Origin: an uncultured Alphaproteobacteria bacterium
GTDB lineage: Bacteria; Pseudomonadota; Alphaproteobacteria; Rhizobiales; Aestuariivirgaceae
NCBI GenBank assembly: GCA_963770075.1
Contig: CAVYOQ010000070.1
Coordinates: forward strand, 1 to 64,000
Direction of reading: 5' to 3'
DNA: 64,000 bases
Shown here: in pieces, positions 55,401 to 63,030 of the stretch
Numbering within the stretch: the first letter of the stretch is position 1
Layout of the letters: each line of letters begins with the position of its first letter
Made by a program: the position numbers and the translations under genes
The notes under the pieces: model-generated
The model's input: only the letters and a program-made list of their open reading frames with translations
The model's database searches: none
Told to the model about the DNA's origin: nothing

Positions 55401-55662
55401 CCTGTTGAGTATCAGGGTTGCGGCGCCGGCGTGGCCCATTTCGTTTCTGGCGAGCTTTGATTGGCGCCGTAGGGCCCACCCCTTCAAGCCGCTCAAAGTG
55501 ACGTCCAGAAGCGAAATGGGCCGCGTCCCTGCGGGATTTGACAGGATTGGCCCATCTTCACGCGATTTCGTCGTCGAATATGCCAGCATGACCTTCCTCC
55601 TCAACCCCATGAACCTGTGCCAATCCTGCCAAACCGGCACCACAACCCTGACTGTCAACAGG
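55401..55662. repeat. MITE-like or structured-RNA element with 29-bp terminal inverted repeats and two internal inverted-repeat pairs
   Basis: Outer arms are cctgttgagtatcagggttgcggcgccgg (55401-55429) and ccggcaccacaaccctgactgtcaacagg (55634-55662), 24/29 complementary. Inner pairs are ggcccatttcgtttctgg (55433-55450) with ccagaagcgaaatgggcc (55505-55522), and acaggattggc (55541-55551) with gccaatcctg (55619-55628). Confidence 0.6.
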
Positions 55663-55668
55663 CTATTA

Positions 55669-56877
55669 TCACAACACCTGGTTGCCGTCGTCATCGAGGC
55701 CGGAATAGAGCCAGCGCACGCCCTGATAGGCCGCTTCCGGTGCGCGCGCGCCCAGCATCATGGCCCTGAGCTCGGCCGCAACGCCCGAAGCGTGATAGAC
55801 GTCGCCATAAAACCGCGCCGTCAATTGCACCCGCCCGGTGCGCAAATAGCGCGATGCCGCGAAGGCCCGGAAGGCGGCTTCGAGGTCGCCATCCGCAGCG
55901 GCAATTTTCGCGGCGAGGCACACCCCGTCCTCCATCGCCATGCAGGCGCCCTGCGCCAGATATTGCAGCATCGGGTGAGCGGCATCGCCGGTGAGAACCG
56001 TCCGGCCCTTGTGCCACACTTTTATCGGTTCGCGGTCGCACAGCACCCACATGCGCCACAACTCGATCTTGTCGAGCATGGCATGCACTTCCGGGCGCTG
56101 GCCGGAAAAGCGCGATTGCAGCTCGGCCACATCGCCGAAGACGTTCCAGCCCTCCTCGTAGCGGTCGGAATGGAAGACGGCGACGAGATTGAAGATATCG
56201 CCTCGGTGCAACGGGTAATGCACCAGATGGGTCTTCGGTCCGGCCCACAGGATGACGGTGTCGCGGCGCAGTTCGTCGGGCACCTCCGGCGCCGGCAGCA
56301 CGGCGCGGTAGGCGATATGGCCGGAGACGCGAGGCTTGCCGTCGCCGATTACGCTCTCGCGCACCTTCGACCACAGTCCGTCGGCGCCGATGAGAGCGGT
56401 GCCTGCGAGGCTGCGCCCGTCCTCGAGTGCGACCTGTACCCTTTCGCCGCTATCCTCGAAGCCGGTGACGCGCGCGCCTGTCTCCAGCGTCACGGCACTT
56501 TCGGCCTTGCACGCCTCGAGCAGGGCGAAATGCAGGTCGGGGCGGTAGATGACGGCATAGGGATAATCGAACACGTTTCGGAAGGCGTTGGTATTGAGGG
56601 GGATGCGGGTGACGAAATCTCCCGACTGCGCGTCCATCATGACGAGGGCGTCGGGGTAGACGCAGGTGGCATCGATGGCTTCGGTGAGGCCCAGCACCTT
56701 GAACATGCGAAAGGCGTTGGGCCCGATCTGGATGCCGGCGCCCACCTCGCCGAAGTCGTCCTCGCGTTCCAGCACGTGCGATGAAAAGCCCTTGCGCGCC
56801 AGCGCCAGCGCCACGGCGAGCCCGGCAATGCCGCCACCGGCGATGAGGAAGGGGAGATCGCTCTTTGATCCGCTCAT
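55669..56877 (-). CDS. 3-hydroxybenzoate 6-hydroxylase (salicylate-hydroxylase-family flavoprotein)
   Basis: FAD GxGxxG motif (IAGGGIAGLAVA), DG and GD motifs, and a length and sequence typical of 3HB6H/MhbM. Start at 56877. Confidence 0.75.
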   Translation of the reverse strand: MSGSKSDLPFLIAGGGIAGLAVALALARKGFSSHVLEREDDFGEVGAGIQIGPNAFRMFKVLGLTEAIDATCVYPDALVMMDAQSGDFVTRIPLNTNAFRNVFDYPYAVIYRPDLHFALLEACKAESAVTLETGARVTGFEDSGERVQVALEDGRSLAGTALIGADGLWSKVRESVIGDGKPRVSGHIAYRAVLPAPEVPDELRRDTVILWAGPKTHLVHYPLHRGDIFNLVAVFHSDRYEEGWNVFGDVAELQSRFSGQRPEVHAMLDKIELWRMWVLCDREPIKVWHKGRTVLTGDAAHPMLQYLAQGACMAMEDGVCLAAKIAAADGDLEAAFRAFAASRYLRTGRVQLTARFYGDVYHASGVAAELRAMMLGARAPEAAYQGVRWLYSGLDDDGNQVL

Positions 56878-58001
56878 GTCGGTTCCGCCTCTATCGCAGC
56901 CATGAAACGCGGCGCCATCGCCCTGAGTCGCGCCGGATCGATGCGGCCCGAGCGCTGGATGTAGCTCAATGCAAAATCGCGTGGGCAAAGCGCCATGCTC
57001 GCACCGAACGCCTCATACCAGGCCGCGCTGGCGCGCGCGGCGCCGACCAGCTTGTCCAGGAGCGGCCGCCGCTCGGCCTTGAAGGCTTGCAGGCCGGCAG
57101 CGATTTCGGTCCCGTGGGCGGCGATGTTGCGGGCAAGCGACAAGGCATCCTCCATGGCCAGCCGGGTGCCCGAGCCGATGGAGAAATGCGCCGTGTGCAG
57201 GGCATCGCCGAGGAGCACCCGGTTGCCGGTAAAGAAGCGCTCGTTGTGCACCACCGGAAACCGGCGCCACAGCGAGCGGTTGCCGATGAGGGGTCGGCCG
57301 CAAAGTGTGTCGCGGAAGGCGGCAGCGCACCAGGCGCGCTGGTCCGCTTCGCTCATGTCGGCAAGGCCGCTGCGCTGCCACACCGTTTTGTTCAGCTCGA
57401 CGATGAAGGTGCTCATGTCCGGGCGATAACGGTAATGGTGCGCCGTCATCGGTCCCGCCGGACCTTCGAGAAAAGTCTGGGTGAGGGTCGGATACGCCAT
57501 CTCCACGCCGTACCAGGCAAAGCGGTTGGAGAGATAGGATACGCTCGCCCCGAAGCCTTCGGGGTCGCTCTGGCGCACCAGCGAGTTGACGCCGTCGGCG
57601 CCGACGACGAGGTCGGCATCTGCTGCTTGCGCGAGGTCGTCTATGCGCCTGCCCCATTGGACGTCGGCACCCGATGCGGCGGCTTCGCTGCTCAGGATAT
57701 CGAGCAGGGTGAGGCGGGCGATGGCGGAAAAGCCGATACCGTCGATGGTGATGCACTTGCCCTTGTGGGCAAGGCGCAGGTCCTGCCAGCTTTCCAGATG
57801 CGGCAGCAGCGCCGCGTGCAGCGCGGGGTCGTCGCTTTCGAGGAAGTCGAGCGCCCGGTCGGAAAACACCACGCCGAAGCCGAAGGTGGCACCTTGCGGA
57901 TTCTGCTCGATCACCTTGACGTTCGCATCCGGCCGCATCCGGCGGATGGCGGAGGCAAAGGTGAGGCCGGCAGGCCCGGCGCCGATGACGACGATCTTCA
58001 T
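56874..58001 (-). CDS. Stand-alone FAD-dependent monooxygenase (candidate aryl-CoA hydroxylase, salicylyl-CoA 5-hydroxylase N-domain-like)
   Basis: MKIVVIGAGPAGLTFA… start (58001) and a DG…GADGVNS motif. About 375 aa. It overlaps the 3HB6H gene by 4 bp and is divergent from the hotdog thioesterase. Confidence 0.6.
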   Translation of the reverse strand: MKIVVIGAGPAGLTFASAIRRMRPDANVKVIEQNPQGATFGFGVVFSDRALDFLESDDPALHAALLPHLESWQDLRLAHKGKCITIDGIGFSAIARLTLLDILSSEAAASGADVQWGRRIDDLAQAADADLVVGADGVNSLVRQSDPEGFGASVSYLSNRFAWYGVEMAYPTLTQTFLEGPAGPMTAHHYRYRPDMSTFIVELNKTVWQRSGLADMSEADQRAWCAAAFRDTLCGRPLIGNRSLWRRFPVVHNERFFTGNRVLLGDALHTAHFSIGSGTRLAMEDALSLARNIAAHGTEIAAGLQAFKAERRPLLDKLVGAARASAAWYEAFGASMALCPRDFALSYIQRSGRIDPARLRAMAPRFMAAIEAEPT

Positions 58002-58055
58002 CCCCCGGAATCCATCATGGACAGGGGCGCCACGCAACCCTAACACTCGGCTCCC

Positions 58056-58460
58056 ATGGAGAATCGCTGGACCTTCACCGTCGAATGGGGCGACTGCGAT
58101 GCCGCCGGCATCGTCTTCTACCCCAATTATTTCCGCTGGTTCGATGCCGCCTTCCAGAAGCTGTTGCGCCAAAGAGGCCTCGGCCAGCGCGAGCTGGGCG
58201 CCCGCTATGGCATCATCGGCACCGGGCTGATCGACTGCGGCGCCCGCTTCAAGGGCCCCGCCGCCTATGGCGACGAGGTGGAACTGGTGACACGCATCGA
58301 GCGTTTCGAGCCCCTCACCTTCACCGCCGCCCACACCGTCTTCAAGGCGGGCCGTGTGATCGTCGAGGGGTTTGAGAAGCGCGCTTTCCTCAGCGCCGGC
58401 GAGGGCGAAGGACGCCTCAAGGCCCTATCGGTGCCGGACGATTTCAAGGCGCTGTTCTAG
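58056..58460 (+). CDS. Hotdog-fold acyl-CoA thioesterase (4-hydroxybenzoyl-CoA thioesterase/YbgC family)
   Basis: 134-aa ORF. WTFTVEWGDCDAAGIVFYPNYFRWFD… is the 4HBT-family signature with a catalytic Asp. Confidence 0.75.
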   Translation: MENRWTFTVEWGDCDAAGIVFYPNYFRWFDAAFQKLLRQRGLGQRELGARYGIIGTGLIDCGARFKGPAAYGDEVELVTRIERFEPLTFTAAHTVFKAGRVIVEGFEKRAFLSAGEGEGRLKALSVPDDFKALF

Positions 58461-59620
58461 CAGTCCTTGTCGATGATGGCCGCGGCGCGGGAAAAGCCCG
58501 TATTGGCCGCTGGCACGCCGGCATAGATCGCGGTCTGCATCAGCACTTCCTTGATGCTGTCGGGCGTTACGCCGGCACGAAGCGCGGCGGTGAGATGCAA
58601 ATCGAATTCTTCCCAGCGTGAAAGCGATGCGGTGATGGCGAGGACGAGGAGGCGGCGGGTCTCGTCGTCGAGGCCGGGCCGGGTCCATATCTCGCCCCAG
58701 GCATAACGGGTGATGAGGTTCTGGAAATCGGCATTGAAGGGCGTGCGCTTCTTGTTGGAACGCTCCACCCACGCATCGCCCAGCACGGCGCGCCGTCGTT
58801 TCATTCCGGATGCGAAACGAGAGTCCGAGGGTAGAGTTTCCAACCCCACGAAGCCGGCCAGAAGGGCGGTGAACTGTTCGGCCCGTTCCACATTGGAGAT
58901 GTGGGCGGCATCGAGCAGTTCGTGGCGCGCACCCTTGATCTGTCCGGCGATGAACTCCCCGCGCTCTGGGGGGGTCGATTGATCGAGGCGGCCGGAAATG
59001 ACGAGGGTGGGCGTGGTGATGGCGGCGATCTCCTCGCGCATGTCGGCTGGCTTGAGTGCCTCGCAGCAGCCGAGATAGCCGGCCGGATCCATGTTGAGCA
59101 ACACGCGGCGGAAATCCGCCACGATCTTCGGCTGCGCCTGATGGAAGGTTGGCGAGAAGAAGCGCCCGAGCACCGCTTCGGCGATGCCGGCAAGGCCCTT
59201 TTCGTGGATGGTCGCCATGCGTTCGTCCCACATGGAGGGTGGCGGGAACTGCGCCGAGGTGTCGGCCAGCACCAGCTTGTCGAGCCGCTCGCCGGCATGG
59301 ACGCCGAGCCACTGCCCGGTGAGCCCGCCCATGGACAGCCCGCAAAAGCTGAAGCGTTCAAGGTCCAGATGGTCGGCGAGGCCCAGCACATCGCGTCCCA
59401 GCCGCTCCAGCGTATAGGGACCGGGTGGCACATCGGAGGCACCATGGCCGCGCTGGTCGTAGCGCACCACCCGCATGGCCGGTGAAAGCGCATCGGCCTG
59501 TGGCTGCCACATCATATGGTCGGCGCCGAGCGAGTTGGAGAATATGATGGCGGGCGCCTCGGCCGGGCGTTCAAGGCGGTAGAACAGGCGGCAGCCATCG
59601 TCGAGCTTGGCAAAGGGCAT
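58457..59620 (-). CDS. pcaL: 3-oxoadipate enol-lactonase fused to 4-carboxymuconolactone decarboxylase (PcaL-like)
   Basis: N-terminal alpha/beta hydrolase (GLSMGG nucleophile) and a C-terminal CMD domain (…RYAWGEIWTRPGLD…). Start at MPFAKLDDG (59620). The upstream part of the 931-aa track ORF is antisense to two + strand genes. Confidence 0.8.
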   Translation of the reverse strand: MPFAKLDDGCRLFYRLERPAEAPAIIFSNSLGADHMMWQPQADALSPAMRVVRYDQRGHGASDVPPGPYTLERLGRDVLGLADHLDLERFSFCGLSMGGLTGQWLGVHAGERLDKLVLADTSAQFPPPSMWDERMATIHEKGLAGIAEAVLGRFFSPTFHQAQPKIVADFRRVLLNMDPAGYLGCCEALKPADMREEIAAITTPTLVISGRLDQSTPPERGEFIAGQIKGARHELLDAAHISNVERAEQFTALLAGFVGLETLPSDSRFASGMKRRRAVLGDAWVERSNKKRTPFNADFQNLITRYAWGEIWTRPGLDDETRRLLVLAITASLSRWEEFDLHLTAALRAGVTPDSIKEVLMQTAIYAGVPAANTGFSRAAAIIDKDC

Positions 59621-59770
59621 GAAGGCGGTTCTCCCGGTTGGCGATTGTTCGCCCGCGAGACTACGCATGGCGTTGCCGCTTGGCCAGAACTGAGATGGCT
59701 CTCGACGTGCGCGGCCGCCGCGTCTAAGGAAGTCGCTTCCGCCCTTGCATGTCAGCGAGCCTTTCGCCCC

Positions 59771-60655
59771 ATGAACCCGCGCCTTCTCGGCATCATGATG
59801 ATGATCGGTGCGTTCTCGTTGTTCGCGCTGCTCGATTCGACGGCGAAATACCTCTCGCAGAGTGTTGCCACCCAGGCGATCGTGTTCTTCCGCTATGGCT
59901 TCTCGCTGGTCATCGTCGGCCTCGTGGTGTGGCGGCAGGGCGGGTTGAAGTTTTTGAAGACCGAGCACCTGCCGCTGCAGCTCACGCGTGGGCTGTTGCT
60001 GCTGGTCTCGACCGGCACCAACTTCACCGCCGTCAAATACCTGCAACTGGCGCAGACCTCCTCCATCTCGTTTTCCAACCCTTTGTGGGTGTGCGCCCTG
60101 TCGCCATTCCTCCTGGGCGAGCGGGTGGGGCCGCGGCGCTGGGCCGCCGTCGTCGTCGGATTCATTGGTGTGCTGATTATCATCCGGCCGGGCAGCGCCA
60201 GCTTTCACTGGGCGATGCTCCTGTCGGTGGTCTGTGCGCTGTCGGCCGCCCTTTACCAAATCGCCACCCGCAAGGTGGGCGGCAGCGACCATGCGCTCAC
60301 CTCGCTCATCTATGTATCGATCTCGGGGACAGCGGGCGCGCTGCCCTTTGCCCCCATCGACTGGGTGACGCCGGCCTGGTGGGCCTGGCTGCTGCTGGTG
60401 CTGGCCGCCCTTTATGGTTCGGTCGGCCACTTGATGCTCACCCAGGCGCACCGCCTGGCACCGGCACCGGTCCTTGCCCCCTTCGTCTACACCCAGATCA
60501 TCTCCATGATCATCATCGGCTATGTGGTGTTCGGCGATGTGCCGGACACCACAACCGTGCTCGGCAGCCTGGTGGTGGTGGCATCGGGTCTTTACGTCTT
60601 CTACCGCGAGCAGAAATTGAAGCTCGTCGAAAGCGCCGCCGCACCGGTGGACTGA
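59771..60655 (+). CDS. DMT-superfamily (EamA-type) transporter
   Basis: Ten predicted transmembrane helices and two EamA repeats. ATG is at 59771. Confidence 0.8.
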   Translation: MNPRLLGIMMMIGAFSLFALLDSTAKYLSQSVATQAIVFFRYGFSLVIVGLVVWRQGGLKFLKTEHLPLQLTRGLLLLVSTGTNFTAVKYLQLAQTSSISFSNPLWVCALSPFLLGERVGPRRWAAVVVGFIGVLIIIRPGSASFHWAMLLSVVCALSAALYQIATRKVGGSDHALTSLIYVSISGTAGALPFAPIDWVTPAWWAWLLLVLAALYGSVGHLMLTQAHRLAPAPVLAPFVYTQIISMIIIGYVVFGDVPDTTTVLGSLVVVASGLYVFYREQKLKLVESAAAPVD

Positions 60656-60731
60656 AAGCCGGCGCACTGGCGCGGGCTCGGCGATCGGTGCATAACACCG
60701 GTCTTCGTGGCAGCGGTGCCGGGAGAGGATT

Positions 60732-61610
60732 TTGGCTATGCGGATCGGGCTGGTGGGGGCAGGACTGATGGGGCGCGGCATCGGGCTTTGCCTGCTGCGC
60801 GCCGGGCACGATCTCATCGCCATTGCCCACCGCAGCCGCGAGGGCGTTGATGATCTGGTGAAGCATGGTGCGGCGGAAGCAAAAAGCCTCACGGCACTGG
60901 CGGCGGGTGCCGATGTGGTGCTCATCTGCGTCAGCAATTCCGACGCTGTCGCCGAGGTGATCGCCGGCATCGAGCCGGAGCTGAAGCAAGGCTCAATCGT
61001 GCTCGACATGGGAACCTCCGAGGCCGCCGCCAGCCGGGCGCTGGCGGCCCGGCTGAAGCAATGCGGCATCGCCTTCGCCGAGGCGCCGGTGGCAGGCGGG
61101 CCCGAGCAGGCCGCTCGCGCCGAACTGGGCGCCATGGTGGGCGCCGACGAAGAGACTTTCGCGCGCATCAAGCCGCTGCTCGATGCCTGTTGCGCCAGGG
61201 TGGCCCACATGGGGCCGGTCGGAATGGGTGCGACTGCCAAGCTCATCAACAACTACATGGTGATGGGCATGATCGGACTTATCGCCGAATGCTACAACGC
61301 GGCGCGTACCGCCGGCGTCGACTGGCAAAAGCTCTATGAGGTCATGCAGCAGGGCTCCAACAATTCCGGCGCCCTGCGCAAGATGGTCGGACCCGCCATC
61401 GGCGGGAACTTTGACGGCTATCCGTTTTCCATCGCCAATGCGGAAAAGGACATGCGCTATTATCTCGATGTTGCCGACGAGCTGGGCCTCAGGTCGATGC
61501 TCGCCGATGCCTCTTATGCCGTCTTCGCCGAGGCGCTGGCGGCGGGTAGGGGCGGCTTGAGGGTCTCCAGGTTGATCGATCCCGCCATTGTGGGGGAGGG
61601 GCAGTCATGA
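60732..61610 (+). CDS. NAD(P)-dependent oxidoreductase, 3-hydroxyisobutyrate/6-phosphogluconate dehydrogenase family
   Basis: N-terminal Rossmann motif (IGLVGAGLMGRG) and the family catalytic Lys region (GATAKLINN). Confidence 0.8.
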   Translation: MAMRIGLVGAGLMGRGIGLCLLRAGHDLIAIAHRSREGVDDLVKHGAAEAKSLTALAAGADVVLICVSNSDAVAEVIAGIEPELKQGSIVLDMGTSEAAASRALAARLKQCGIAFAEAPVAGGPEQAARAELGAMVGADEETFARIKPLLDACCARVAHMGPVGMGATAKLINNYMVMGMIGLIAECYNAARTAGVDWQKLYEVMQQGSNNSGALRKMVGPAIGGNFDGYPFSIANAEKDMRYYLDVADELGLRSMLADASYAVFAEALAAGRGGLRVSRLIDPAIVGEGQS

Positions 61611-62782
61611 AGCTCAATCCGTGGATCACCGCCATCGAGGAGGAGGGTGCCTTCTTCGTCCTCGACAAGGCGCTGGCGCTGAAGGCGCAAGGCCACCCGG
61701 TCATCAATCTGGGCATCGGCCAGCCCGATTTCTCACCCCCCGAGCACGTGCTGGTGGCCGCCGAGAAGGCGGGCCGCGAGGGCCCGCACGGCTATACCTC
61801 GCCGGTGGGTATCCTGCCCTTGCGCGAAGCCGTGGCGGACAAGGTGGGCTCGCGCTATGGCGTCGATATTCATCCTGACGAGGTGGTGATCGTGCCGGGG
61901 GGCAAGGTGACCTTCTATTTCGCCTGCCTGCTGTTCGGTGGGCCGGGAGCGGAGATCCTTTATCCCGATCCGGGCTTTCCGCCCTATCGCGAGGCGATCA
62001 AGTCGGGCGGGGCAAGGCCGGTATCTTACCCAATCCTCGAATCCAGAGACTTCGGCTTCGATGCCGCCGAGGTGTTGTCCCTCATCACCCCGGCGACCCG
62101 TCTCATCATCGTCAACTCGCCGGCCAACCCGACCGGCGGCGTCGTGGCGGCCGCCGAGATGGAAAAGCTTGCGAAGGGGCTGGAGGACCATCCCGAAGTG
62201 GTCATCCTGTCGGACGAGATCTATTCGCATCTCGTCTTCGATGAAGCCACCTTTGCCGGCATCCTGCAGTTTCCCCATCTGCGCGAGCGCGCCATCCTGC
62301 TCGACGGATGGTCAAAGACCTTTGCCATGACCGGCTGGCGGCTCGGCTACGGCATCTGGCCGAAAGCGCTGGTCGAGCATGTGCGAAAGCTGATTACGGT
62401 GGACCATTCCTGCGTCAACGGCGTGGCGCAGATGGCAGGGCTGGCGGCGATTACCGGGCCGATGGACGCGGTCGAGGGCTTCCGCAAGAAATTCGCCCAG
62501 CGCCGCGACCTCGTGGTCGATGGCCTCAACGCGCTGCCCGGCGTCACCTGCCGCCGGCCGGGCGGGGCCTTTTATGCCTTTCCCAACGTGTCATCGACTG
62601 GGCTCGACAGCAAGGCGCTTGCGGCACGGCTTCTGGACGAGGCCGACGTGGCGCTCATCCCCGGCGACAGTTTCGGCGACAACGGGCACGGCTATCTGCG
62701 CCTCTCCTATGCCGCCAGCACGGCCGAGCTGGAAGAGGCGCTGGCGCGCATGAAGGCGTTTCTGGATGCCAACCGCGGCTAG
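61607..62782 (+). CDS. PLP-dependent aminotransferase, class I (aspartate/aromatic aminotransferase family)
   Basis: PLP-lysine motif (…LLDGWSKTFAMTGWRLGY…) and a fold-type I pattern. It overlaps the upstream gene by 4 bp. Confidence 0.9.
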   Translation: MKLNPWITAIEEEGAFFVLDKALALKAQGHPVINLGIGQPDFSPPEHVLVAAEKAGREGPHGYTSPVGILPLREAVADKVGSRYGVDIHPDEVVIVPGGKVTFYFACLLFGGPGAEILYPDPGFPPYREAIKSGGARPVSYPILESRDFGFDAAEVLSLITPATRLIIVNSPANPTGGVVAAAEMEKLAKGLEDHPEVVILSDEIYSHLVFDEATFAGILQFPHLRERAILLDGWSKTFAMTGWRLGYGIWPKALVEHVRKLITVDHSCVNGVAQMAGLAAITGPMDAVEGFRKKFAQRRDLVVDGLNALPGVTCRRPGGAFYAFPNVSSTGLDSKALAARLLDEADVALIPGDSFGDNGHGYLRLSYAASTAELEEALARMKAFLDANRG

Positions 62783-62960
62783 GCGGGACGGGGACGTGCG
62801 CTTGTCACCTGCCAGTGCGGGGTGCGAATATCCCCGCCGGGTGCCATGCCGGGGTCCCGTCCCCGGGGCTGGGGGGCAGTCGGGGTGATGCCATCGGGCC
62901 ATGTTACGCAGTCCCACCCGGCACTGAGGAGTGTCGGAGAATAATGCGACGGTCGAACAA

Positions 62961-62993
62961 CGTTTGCATGACGTTTGCATGATGTTTGAGGAC
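62961..62993 (+). promoter_or_regulatory. Tandem direct repeats (cgtttgcatga ×2 plus a degenerate third) upstream of the last gene
   Basis: cgtttgcatga-cgtttgcatga-tgtttgagga lies 38-70 nt upstream of the ATG at 63031. A single TTGCATGA also occurs upstream of the substrate-binding-protein gene (54286). Confidence 0.3.
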
Positions 62994-63030
62994 AGTTCCA
63001 ACGCCGTTATTCTTGACGAGAGGCCATCAC

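Noticed and set aside
55395-55694. 99-aa ORF on the minus strand across the inverted-repeat element
   Set aside because: It lies inside a region dominated by nested inverted repeats. There is no RBS or protein-like motif, so it was treated as a non-coding structured element.
59621-61252. N-terminal 540 aa of the 931-aa ORF 58457-61252 (minus)
   Set aside because: Only the C-terminal 387 aa (pcaL-like, starting MPFAKLDDG at 59620) are protein-like. The remainder is antisense to the DMT transporter and the oxidoreductase genes and is Arg/Gly-rich.
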